A stretch of DNA of 64,000 bases, from positions 46,624,001 through 46,688,000 of the forward strand of contig OZ296656.1 of NCBI GenBank assembly GCA_965655095.1. Reading direction: 5' to 3'. The notes under the pieces are model-generated. The model saw nothing but the letters and a program-made list of their open reading frames with translations. It had not been told where the DNA came from and did no database searches. Positions 15,001 through 27,000 of the stretch are shown piece after piece. Numbering within the stretch: the first letter of the stretch is position 1; each line of letters opens with the position of its first letter. The stretch comes from Haplodiscus bocki (taxonomy: Eukaryota). The position numbers and the translations under genes were made by a program.

Positions 15001-18000
15001 GAATATGCTTCGTTTCGTCAATTTCAAATCTGCATGGACTGAAATGTGCAAGAATTGCTCAATTGTGATTCTTTTTTGACGACATCAATTTTTTTCGATA
15101 GTTTGACGGGTATTCTGGTCTGTTCTTTGAACATGCTTGTACCTTTTAGCCAAAGGATTTCGTAATATCGATTGATAGGCTTTAGCTTTTCAAGGCGACT
15201 TTAATTTTTATCTTTTTTTCGTTTTCCATTCTAGCTCTCCCGAAAGTTATGATGGGATATCTCTTTGATTTTTTCTGAAAACCAATTAGTACGTTTTCAA
15301 AATCTGCATTATCTGTCTTTTGAGATTCCACTCCGTATACTGTAATAACTGTGTTTTGAATGATATTAATGGAACCTGTTAACGCACCTGCTCGTTGGTG
15401 GCCTCGTGCGTGCCAGAACTGTTTATCTGGCTTACGAAAACTAGAAACAACTTGAACTTTTTCGAGATTCACACATGTCTTTGACCTGGGGCTGAATTGT
15501 TTTTCCGACATAATTGAATAAAATTGGCTACAGCTTCTCTATTACTTCATTGTATTCTTGTATATAGTTGTCTCGGATAATGGTTGAGGTTTCTGTATTT
15601 ATGTTTCAGGTTTCAGTTTGAAATTTTCTCGTATTACGGTGTCACGGAATTGCTTGAAATTGGAATCCAAAAGTGATTTGACCCCGACTGTTCTATTTTT
15701 GGAGTTTCTTGTAGGAATATGCCTCGCTTCGTCGACTTCATATATGCATGGACTGAAGTGTGCATGAGTTGCTCTATGCTGAATCTTTTCTGACGACATC
15801 ATTTTTTTCGATAGCTAGTTTGAGTGGTAATCTGTTCTGTTTTTCAAATATGCTGTACATTCTAGCCATAGGATTTTGTAATATCGATTGATAAGCTTTA
15901 GCATTGCAATGCAACTTTAATTTTCATCTGTTTTTTGTTTTCCATTCTAGCTCTCCCGAAAGTTGTGGCAAAATATCTCTCTGATTACGTCTGAAAACCA
16001 ATTAGTCCGTTCTCAAAGTTTGCGTTATCTGTCTTTTGAGATTCTACTTCGTACACTGTAAATATTTTGTTTCGAATGATATTAATGGAACCTGTTAACG
16101 CACCTGCTCGTTGGTGGCCTCGTGCGTGCCTGAACTGTTTATCTGGCTTGCGAAGACTAGAAACAACTTGAACTTTTTCGAGATTCACACATGTCTTTGA
16201 CCTGGGGCTGAATTGTTTTTCCGACATAATTGAATAAAATTGGCTACAGCTTCTCTATTACTTCATTGTATTCTTGTATATAGTTGACTCGGTTAATGGG
16301 TTGAGTTTTCTGTATTTGTGTTTCAGGTTTCAGTTTGAAAATTTCTCGTTTTACGGTGTCACGGAATTGTTTGAAATTGGAATCCAAAAGTGATTTGACC
16401 CCGACTGTTCTATTTTTGGAGTTTCTTGTAGGAATAGGCCTCGCTTCGTCGACTTCATATATGCATGGACTGAAGTGTGCATGAGTTGCTCTATGCTGAA
16501 TCTTTTGTGACGACATCATTTTTTTCGATAGCTAGTTTGAGTGGTAATCTGTTCTGTTTTTCAAATATGCTGTACATTCTAGCCATAGGATTTTGTAATA
16601 TCGATTGATAAGCTTTAGCATTGCAATGCAACTTTAATTTTCATCTGTTTTTTGTTTTCCATTCTAGCTCTCCCGAAAGTTGTGGCAAAATATCTCTCTG
16701 ATTACGTCTGAAAACCAATTAGTCCGTTCTCAAAGTTTGCGTTATCTGTCTTTTGAGATTCTACTTCGTACACTGTAAATATTTTGTTTCGAATGATATT
16801 AATGGAACCTGTTAATGCACCTGCGCGTTGGTGGCCCTGCGCGTGCCTGAATTGTGTTTCTGGCCTGGGAAGACTGGAAACAACTTCAAAATTTTGAGAT
16901 GCATTCATGTCTTTGACCTGGTGCTGAATTATTTTTCCGACATAACTGAATAAATTTGGCTACAGCTTCTCTTTTACTCCATTGTATTCTTCTCTATAGT
17001 TGCCTCGGTTATTGGACTGAGAACGTTTCATGTGTGTTTCAGGTTTCAATTTGAATTTTTCTCGTCATACGGTGTCACGGAAACGTTTGGAATTGGAATC
17101 CAAATGTGATTTGACCACGACTGGGTTTTCTTGGAGTTTTTTGTTGGAATATGCTTCGTTTCGTCAATTTCAAATCTGCATGGACTGAAATGTGCAAGAA
17201 TTGCTCAATTGTGATTCTTTTTTGACGGCATCAAGTTTTGTCGATAGTTTGACGGACTTTCTGGTCTGTTCTTTGAACATGCTTGTACTTTTTAGCCAAA
17301 GGATTTCGTAATATCGATTGATAAGCTTTAGCATTTCAATGCAACTTTACTTTTTATCTTTTTTTTTCGTTTTCCATTCTAGTTCTCCCGAAAGTTCTGA
17401 TGAAATATCTGTTTGATTTTTTCTGAAAGGCAATTAGTACGTTTTCAAAATCTGCATTATCTGTCTTTTGAGATTCTACTTCGTATACTGTAATAACTGT
17501 GTTTTGAATGATATTAATGGAACCTGTTAACGCACCTGCTCGTGGTGGCCTCCCCCCTTGCCTGAAGTGTTTATCTGGCTTGCGAAGTCTAGAAGGAACT
17601 TGAACTTTTTTGAGATTCACACATGTTTTTGACCTGGTGCTGAATTGTTTTTCAGACATAAATGAATAAAATTGGCTACAGCTTCTCTTTTACTTCATTG
17701 TATTGAGAGATAAAGTTGCCTCGATTATTTAAATGAGTTTTTTATCTATGTTCCAGGTTTTATATTGAACTTTTCTTGTATTACGTTGTCACGTAAACGT
17801 TTGAAATTGGAATCCAAAAGTAATTTGACCCCGACTGGACTATTTTCGGAGTTTCTTGTAGGAGTATGCCTCGCTTCGTCGACTTCATATATGCATGGAC
17901 TGAAGTGTGCATGAGTTGCTCAATGCTGATTCTTTTTTGACGACATAATTTTTTTCGATAGTTAGTTTGAGTTGTATTCTGTTCTGTTTTTCAAAATTGC

Positions 18001-21000
18001 TGTACTTTCTAGACATAGGATTTTGTAAAATCGATTGATAAGCTTTAGCATTGCAATGCAACTTTAATTTTCATCTCTTTTTTTGTTTTCCATTCTAGCT
18101 CTCCCGAAAGTTGTGGCGAAACATCTCTTTGATTACGTCTGAAAACCAATTAGTCCGTTCTCAATGTTTGCGTTATGTGTCTTTAGAGATTATACCTCTT
18201 TTACTGTAAATTTTGTGTTTCGAATGATATTAGTAGATCATGTTAACGCACCTGCGCGTTGGTGGCCCTGCGCGTGCCTGACTTGTGCTTCTGGCTTGCG
18301 AAGACCAGAAAAAACTTGAACTTTTTGAGATGCACACATGTCTTTGACCTGGTGCTGAATTATTTTTCCGACATAAATGAATTAATTTGGCTAAAGCTTC
18401 TCTTTTACTTCATTGTATTCTTCTCTATAGTTCCCTCGGTTAATGGACTGAGATTGCTTTATGTGTGTTTCAGGTTTCAGTTTATAGTTTTCTCGTAATA
18501 AGGTGTCAAGTAAACGTTTTTAATTGGAATCCAAAAGTGATTTGACCACGACTGGGTTCTCTTGGAGTTTTTTGTTGGAATGTGCTTCGTTTCGTCAATT
18601 TCAAATCTGCATGGACTGAAATGTGCAAGAATTGCTCAATTGTGACTCTTTTTTGAAGACATCAAGTTTTTTTGATAGTTTGACCGGTATTCTGGTCGGT
18701 TCTTTAAACATGCTTGGAATTTTCAACCCAAAGGGTTTTGTATTATTGATTGATAAGCTTTAGCATTGCAAGGCAACTTTACTTTTTATCTTTTTTTTGT
18801 TTTCCCTTCTAGCTCTCCCGAAAGTTGTGGCGAAATATCTCTTTGATTACGTCTGAAAACCAATTAGTCCGTTCTCAAAGTTTGCGTTGTCTGTCTTTTG
18901 AGATTCTACTTCGTACACTGTAAATATTGTGTTTCGAATGTTATTAATGGAGCCTGTTAATGCACCTGCGCGTTGGTGGCGCTGCGCGTGCCTGAATTGT
19001 GTTTCTGGCCTGCGAAGACTAGAAACAATTTCAAATTTTTGATATGCATACATGTGTTTGATCTGGTGCTGAATTATTTTTCCGACATAAATGAATTAAT
19101 TTGGCTAAAGCTTCTCTTTTACTTCATTGTATTCTTCTCTATAGTTGCCTCGGTTAATGGACTGAGATTGTTTTATGTGTCTTTCAGGTTTCAGTTTGAA
19201 GTTTGTTCGTAATACGGTGTCACGGAAACGTTTGGAATTGGAATCCAAAAGTGATTTGACCACGACAGGTTTTTCTTGGAGTTTTTTGTTGGAATATGCT
19301 TCGTTTCGTCAATTTCAAATCTGCATGGACTGAAATGTGCAAGAAATGCTCAATTGTGATTTTTTTGACTATGTCAAGTTTTTTCGATATTTTGACGGGT
19401 ATTCTGGTCTGTTCTTTGAACATGCTTGTACTTTTTAGCCAAATGATTTCGTAATATCGATTGATAAGCTTTAGCATTTCAATGCAACTTTAATTTTTAT
19501 CTTTTTTTTCGTTTTCCATTCTTGCTCTCCCGAAAGTTGTGATGGAATATCTGTTTGATTTTTTCTGAAAGGCAATTACTACGTTTTCAAAATCTGCATT
19601 ATCTGTCTTTTGAGATTCTACTTCGTATACTGTAATAACTGTGTTTTGAATGATATTAATGGAACCTTTTAACGCACCTGCTCGTTGGTGCCCTCGCGTG
19701 CCTGAATTGTGTTTCTGGCCTGGGAAGACTGGAAACAACTTCAAAATTTTGAGATGCATTCATGTCTTTTACCTGGTGCTGAATTATTTTTCCGACATAA
19801 CTGAATAAATTTGGCTACAGCTTCTCTTTTACTTCATTGTATTCTTCTCTATAGTTGCCTCGGTTAATGGACTGAGATTGTTTTATGTGTCTTTCAGGTT
19901 TCAGTTTGAAGTTTTCTCGTCATACGGTGTCACGGAAACGTTTGGAATTGGAATCCAAATGTGATTTGACCACGACTGCGTTTTCTTGGAGTTTTTTGTT
20001 GGAATATGCTTCGTTTCGTCGATTTCAAATCTGCATGGACTGAAATATGCAAGAATTGCCCAATTGTGATTCTTTTTTGTCGACATCAAGTTTTTTTGAA
20101 AGTTTGACGGGTATTCTGGTCGGTTCTTTAAACATGCTTGGACTTTTCACACCAAAGGGTTTTGTAATATTGATTGATAAGCTTTAGCATTGCAATGCAA
20201 CTTTACGTTTTATCTTTTTTTTTCGTTTTCATTCTAGTTCTCGTGGAAGTTGTGTTGAAATATCTCGTTGATTACTACTGAAAACCAATTAGTCCGTTTT
20301 CAATGTTTGCGTTATCTGTCTTTAGAGACTATACCTCGTATACTGTAAATATTGTGTTTCGTATGATTTTAAAGGAGCCTGTTAATGCTCCTGCGCGTTG
20401 GTGCCCTCGCGCCTGCCTGAAATGTTTATCTGGCTTGCGAAGCCTAGAAAAAACTTGAACTTTTTTGAGATTCACACATGTTTTTGACCTGGTGCTGAAT
20501 TGTTTTTCCGACATAAATGAATAAAATTGGCTACAGCTTCTCTATTACTTCATTGTATTCTTGTATATAGTTGTCTCGGATAATGGTTGAGGTTTCTGTA
20601 TTTATGTTTCAGGTTTCAGTTTGAAATTTTCTCGTATTACGGTGTCACGGAATTGTTTGAAATTGGAATCCAAAAGTGATTTGACCCCGACTGTTCTATT
20701 TTTGGAGTTTCTTGTAGGAATATGCCTCGCTTCGTCGACTTCATATATGCATGGACTGACGTGTGCATGAGTTGCTCTATGCTGAATCTTTTGTGACGAC
20801 ATCATTTTTTTCGATAGCTAGTTTGAGTGGTAATCTGTTCTGTTTTTCAAATATGCTGTACATTCTAGCCATAGGATTTTGTAATATCGATTGATAAGCT
20901 TTAGCATTGCAATGCAACTTTAATTTTCATCTGTTTTTTGTTTTCCATTCTAGCTCTCCCGAAAGTTGTGGCAAAATATCTCTCTGATTACTATTGAAAA

Positions 21001-24000
21001 CCAATTAGTCCGTTTTCAAAGTTTGTGTTATCTGTCTTTTGAGATTCTACTTCGTATACTGTAAATATTGTGTTTCGAATGATAATATTGGAGCCTGTTA
21101 ATGCACCTGCGCGTTGGTGGCGCTGCGCGTGCCTGAATTGTGTTTCTGGCCTGCGGAGACTAGAAACACTTTCAAAATTTTGAGATGCATTCATGTCTTT
21201 GATCTGGTGCTGAATTATTTTTCCGACATAAATGAATAAAATTGGCTACAGCTTCTCTTTTACTTCATTGTATTCTTCTCTATAGTTGCCTCGGTTAATG
21301 GACTGAGATTGTTTTATGTGTCTTTCAGGTTTCAGTTTGAAGTTTGTTCGTAATACGGTGTCACGGAAACGTTTGGAATTGGAATCCAAAAGTGATTTGA
21401 CCACGACAGGTTTTTCTTGGATTTTTTTGTTGGAATATGCTTCGTTTCGTCAATTTCATATCTGCATGGACTGAAATGTGCAAGAATTGCTCAATTGTGA
21501 TTCTTTTTTGACGACATCAATTTTTTTCGATAGTTTGACGGGTATTCTGGTCTGTTCTTTGAACATGCTTGTACCTTTTAGCCAAAGGATTTCGTAATAT
21601 CGATTGATAGGCTTTAGCTTTTCAAGGCAACTTTAATTTTTATCTTTTTTTCGTTTTCCATTCTAGCTCTCCCGAAAGTTATGATGGGATATGTCTTTGA
21701 TTTTTTCTGAAAACCAATTAGTACGTTTTCAAAATCTGCATTATCTGTCTTTTGAGATTCCACTCCGTATACTGTAATAACTGTGTTTTGAATGATATTA
21801 ATGGAACCTGTTAACGCGCCTGCTCGTTGGTGGCCTCTTGCGTGCCTGAAATGTTTATCTGGCTTGCGAAGACTAGAAACAACTTCAAAATTTTGAGATG
21901 CATTCAGGTCTTTGACCTGGTGCTGAAATGTTTTTCCGACATAAATGAATAAAATTGGCTACAGCTTCTCTATTACTTCATTGTATTGTTGTATATAGTT
22001 GACTCGGTTAATGGGTTGAGTTTTCTGTATTTGTGTTTCAGGTTTCAGTTTGAAAATTTCTCGTATTACGGTGTCACGGAATTGTTTGAAATTGGAATCC
22101 AAAAGTGATTTGACCCCGACTGTTCTATTTTTGGAGTTTCTTGTAGGAATATGCCTCGCTTCGTCGACTTCATATATGCATGGACTGACGTGTGCATGAG
22201 TTGCTCTATGCTGAATCTTTTGTGACGACATCATTTTTTTCGATAGCTAGTTTGAGTGGTAATCTTTTCTGTTTTTCAAATATGCTGTACGTTCTAGCCA
22301 TAGGATTTTGTAATATCGATTGATAAGCTTTAGCATTGCAATGCAACTTTAATTTTCGTCTGTTTTTTGTTTTCCATTCTAGCTCTCCCGAAAGTTGTGG
22401 CAAAATATCTCTCCGATTACGTCTGAAAACCAATTAGTCCGTTCTCAAAGTTTGCGTTATCTGTCTTCTGAGATTCTACTTCGTACACTGTAAATATTTT
22501 GTTTCGAATGATATTAATGGAACCTGTTAATGCACCTGCGCGTTGGTGGCCCTGCGCGTGCCTGATTTGTGTTTCTGGCCTGCGAAGACTGGAAACAACT
22601 TCAAAATTTTGAGATGCATTCATGTCTTTGACCTGGTGCTGAATTATTTTTCCGACATAACTGAATAAATTTGGCTACAGCTTCTCTTTTACTCCATTGT
22701 ATTCTTCTCTATAGTTGCCTCGGTTATTGGACTGAGAACGTTTCATGTGTGTTTCAGGTTTCAATTTGAATTTTTCTCGTCATACGGTGTCACGGAAACG
22801 TTTGGAATTGGAATCCAAATGTGATTTGACCACGACTGGGTTTTCTTGGAGTTTTTTGTTGGAATATGCTTCGTTTCGTCAATTTCAAATCTGCATGGAC
22901 TGAAATGTGCAAGAATTGCTCAATTGTGATTCTTTTTTGACGGCATCAAGTTTTGTCGATAGTTTGACGGGTTTTCTGGTCTGTTCTTTGAACATGCTTG
23001 TACTTTTTAGCCAAAGGATTTCGTAATATCGATTGATAAGCTTTAGCATCTCAATGCAACTTTACTTTTTATCTTTTTTTTTCGTTTTCCATTCTAGTTC
23101 TCCCGAAAGTTGTGATGGAATATCTGTTTGATTTTTTCTGAAAGGCAATTAGTACGTTTTCAAAGTTTGCGTTATCTGTCTTTTGAGATTCTACTTCGTA
23201 CACTGTAAATATTGTGTTTCGAATGTTATTAATGGAGCCTGTTAATGCACCTGCGCGTTGGTGGCGCTGCGCGTGCCTGAATTGTGTTTCTGGCCTGCGA
23301 AGACTAGAGACAATTTCAAAATTTTGATATGCATACATGTGTTTGATCTGGTGCTGAATTTTTTTTCCGACATAAATGAATAAAATTGGCTACAGCTTCT
23401 CTTTTACTTCATTGTATTCTTCTCTATTGTTGCCTCGGTTATTGGACTGAGACTGTTTTATGTGTGTTTCAGGTTTCTTTTTGAAGTTTGGTCGTAATAA
23501 GATGTCACGGAAACGTTTGGAGTTGGAATCCAAATGTGATTTGACCACGACCGGGTTTTCTTGGAGATTTTTGTTGGAATATGCTTCGTTTCGTCAATTT
23601 CAAATCTGCATGGACTGAAATGTGCAAGAAATGCTCAATTGTGATTTTTTGACGACATCAAGTTTTGTCGATATTTTGACGGGTATTCTGGTCTGTTCTT
23701 TGAACATGCTTGTACTTTTTAGCCAAATGATTTCGTAATATCGATTGATAAGCTTTAGCATTTCAATGCAACTTTAATTTTTATCTTTTTTTTCGTTTTC
23801 CATTCTAGCTCTCCCGAAAGTTGTGATGGAATATCTGTTTGATTTTTTCTGAAAAGCAATTAGTACGTTTTCAAAATCTGCATTATCTGTCTTTTGAGAT
23901 TCTACTTCGTATACTGTAATAACTGTGTTTTGAATGATATTAATGGAACCTGTTAACGCACCTGCTCGTTGGTGCCCTCGCGTGTGCCTGAATTGTGCTT

Positions 24001-27000
24001 CTGGTTTCCGAAGACCAGAAAGAACTTGAACTTTTTGAGATGCACACATGTCTTTGACCTGGTGCTGAATTAATTTTCCGACATAAATGAAAAAATTTGG
24101 CTACAGATTCTCTTTTACTTCATTGTATTCTTCTCTATAGTTGCCTCGGTTAATGGACTGAGATTGCTTTATGTGTGTTTCAGGTTTCAGTTTATAGTTT
24201 TCTCGTAATAAGGTGTCAAGTAAACGTTTTTAATTGGAATCCAAAAGTGATTTGACCACGACTGGGTTCTCTTGGAGTTTTTTGTTGGAATGTGCTTCGT
24301 TTCGTCAATTTCAAATCTGCATGGACTGAAATGTGCAAGAATTGCTCAATTGTGATTCTTTTTTGACGGCATCAAGTTTTGTCGATAGTTTGACGGGTTT
24401 TCTGGTCTGTTCTTTGAACATGCTTGTACTTTTTAGCCAAAGGATTTCGTAATATCGATTGATAAGCTTTAGCATCTCAATGCAACTTTACTTTTTATCT
24501 TTTTTTCGTTTTCCATTCTAGTTCTCCCGAAAGTTGTGATGGAATATCTGTTTGATTTTTTCTGAAAGGCAATTAGTACGTTTTCAAAGTTTGCGTTATC
24601 TGTCTTTTGAGATTCTACTTCGTACACTGTAAATATTGTGTTTCGAATGTTATTAATGGAGCCTGTTAATGCACCTGCGCGTTGGTGGCGCTGCGCGTGC
24701 CTGAATTGTGTTTCTGGCCTGCGAAGGCTAGAGACAATTTCAAAATTTTGATATGCATACATGTGTTTGATCTGGTGCTGAATTTTTTTTTCCGACATAA
24801 ATGAATAAAATTGGCTACAGCTTCTCTTTTACTTCATTGTATTCTTCTCTATTGTTGCCTCGGTTATTGGACTGAGACTGTTTTATGTGTGTTTCAGGTT
24901 TCTTTTTGAAGTTTGGTCGTAATAAGATGTCACGGAAACGTTTGGAGTTGGAATCCAAATGTGATTTGACCACGACCGGGTTTTCTTGGAGATTTTTGTT
25001 GGAATATGCTTCGTTTCGTCAATTTCAAATCTGCATGGACTGAAATGTGCAAGAAATGCTCAATTGTGATTTTTTGACGACATCAAGTTTTGTCGATATT
25101 TTGACGGGTATTCTGGTCTGTTCTTTGAACATGCTTGTACTTTTTAGCCAAATGATTTCGTAATATCGATTGATAAGCTTTAGCATTTCAATGCAACTTT
25201 AATTTTTATCTTTTTTTTCGTTTTCCATTCTAGCTCTCCCGAAAGTTGTGATGGAATATCTGTTTGATTTTTTCTGAAAAGCAATTAGTACGTTTTCAAA
25301 ATCTGCATTATCTGTCTTTTGAGATTCTACTTCGTATACTGTAATAACTGTGTTTTGAATGATATTAATGGAACCTGTTAACGCACCTGCTCGTTGGTGC
25401 CCTCGCGTGTGCCTGAATTGTGCTTCTGGTTTCCGAAGACCAGAAAGAACTTGAACTTTTTGAGATGCACACATGTCTTTGACCTGGTGCTGAATTAATT
25501 TTCCGACATAAATGAAAAAATTTGGCTACAGATTCTCTTTTACTTCATTGTATTCTTCTCTATAGTTGCCTCGGTTAATGGACTGAGATTGCTTTATGTG
25601 TGTTTCAGGTTTCAGTTTATAGTTCTCTCGTAATAAGGTGTCAAGTAAACGTTTTTAATTGGAATCCAAAAGTGATTTGACCACGACTGGGTTCTCTTGG
25701 AGTTTTTTGTTGGAATGTGCTTCGTTTCGTCAATTTCAAATCTGCATGGACTGAAATGTGCAAGAATTGTTCAATTGTGACTCTTTTTTGACGACATCAA
25801 GTTGTTTCGATAATTTGACGGGTATTGCGGTCGGTTCTTTAAACATGCTTGGACTTTTCAACCCAGAGGATTTTGTAATATCGATAGACAAGATTTAGCA
25901 TTGCAATGCAACTTTACTTTTTATATATTTTTTCGTTTTCATTCTAGCTCTCGTCGAAGTTGTAGTGAAATATCTCTTTGATTACTTTTTAAATCCAATT
26001 AGTCGGTTTTCAATATTTGCGTTATGTGTCTTTCGAGACTATACCTCGTATACTGTAAATATTGTGTTTCGAATGATATTAATGGAGCTTGTTAATGCAC
26101 CTGCGCGTTGGTGGCCCTGCGCGTGCCTGAATTGTGCTTCTGGTTTGCGAAGACCAGAAAAAACTTGAACTTTTTGAGATGCACACAAGTCTTTGACCTG
26201 GTGCTGAATTATTTTTCCGACATAAGTGAAAAAATTTGGCTACAGCTTCTCTTTTACTTCTTTGTATTCTTGTATATAGTTGCCTCGGTTAAAAGACTGA
26301 ATTTGTTTCATGTGAGTTTCAGGTTTCAGTATGAAGTTTTCTCGTATTACGGTGTCACGGAAACGTTTGGAATTGGAATCCAAAAGTGATTTGACCACGA
26401 CTGGGTTTTTTTGGAGCCTTTTGTTGGAATATGCTTCATTTCGTCAATTTCAAATCTGCATGGACTGAAATATGCAAGAATTGCTCAATTGTGATTCTTT
26501 TTTGACGACATCAAGTTTTTTTGATAGTTTGATTGGTATTCTGGTCGGTTCTTTAAACATGCTTGGACTTTTCAACACAAAGGATTTTGTAATATTGATT
26601 GATAAGCTTTAGCATTGCAATGCAACTTTACTTTTTATCTCTTTTTTCGTTTTCCATTCCAGCTCTCCTCGAAGTTTTGGTGAAATATCTCTTTGATTAC
26701 TTCCGAAAGCCAATTAGTCCGTTCTCAATGTTTGCGTTATGTGTCTTTAGAGATTATACCTCTTATACTGTAAATATTGTGTTTCGAATGATATTAGTAG
26801 AGCCTGTTAATGCACCTGCGCGTTGGTGGCCCTGAGCGTGCCTGAATTGTGCTTCTGGGTTGCGGAGACCAGAAAAAACTTGATGAACTTTTTGAGATGC
26901 ACACATGTCTTTGACCTGGTGCTGAATTATTTTTCCGACATAATTGAATAAATTTGGCTAAAGCTTCTCTTTTACTTCATTGTATTCTTGTATATAGTTG

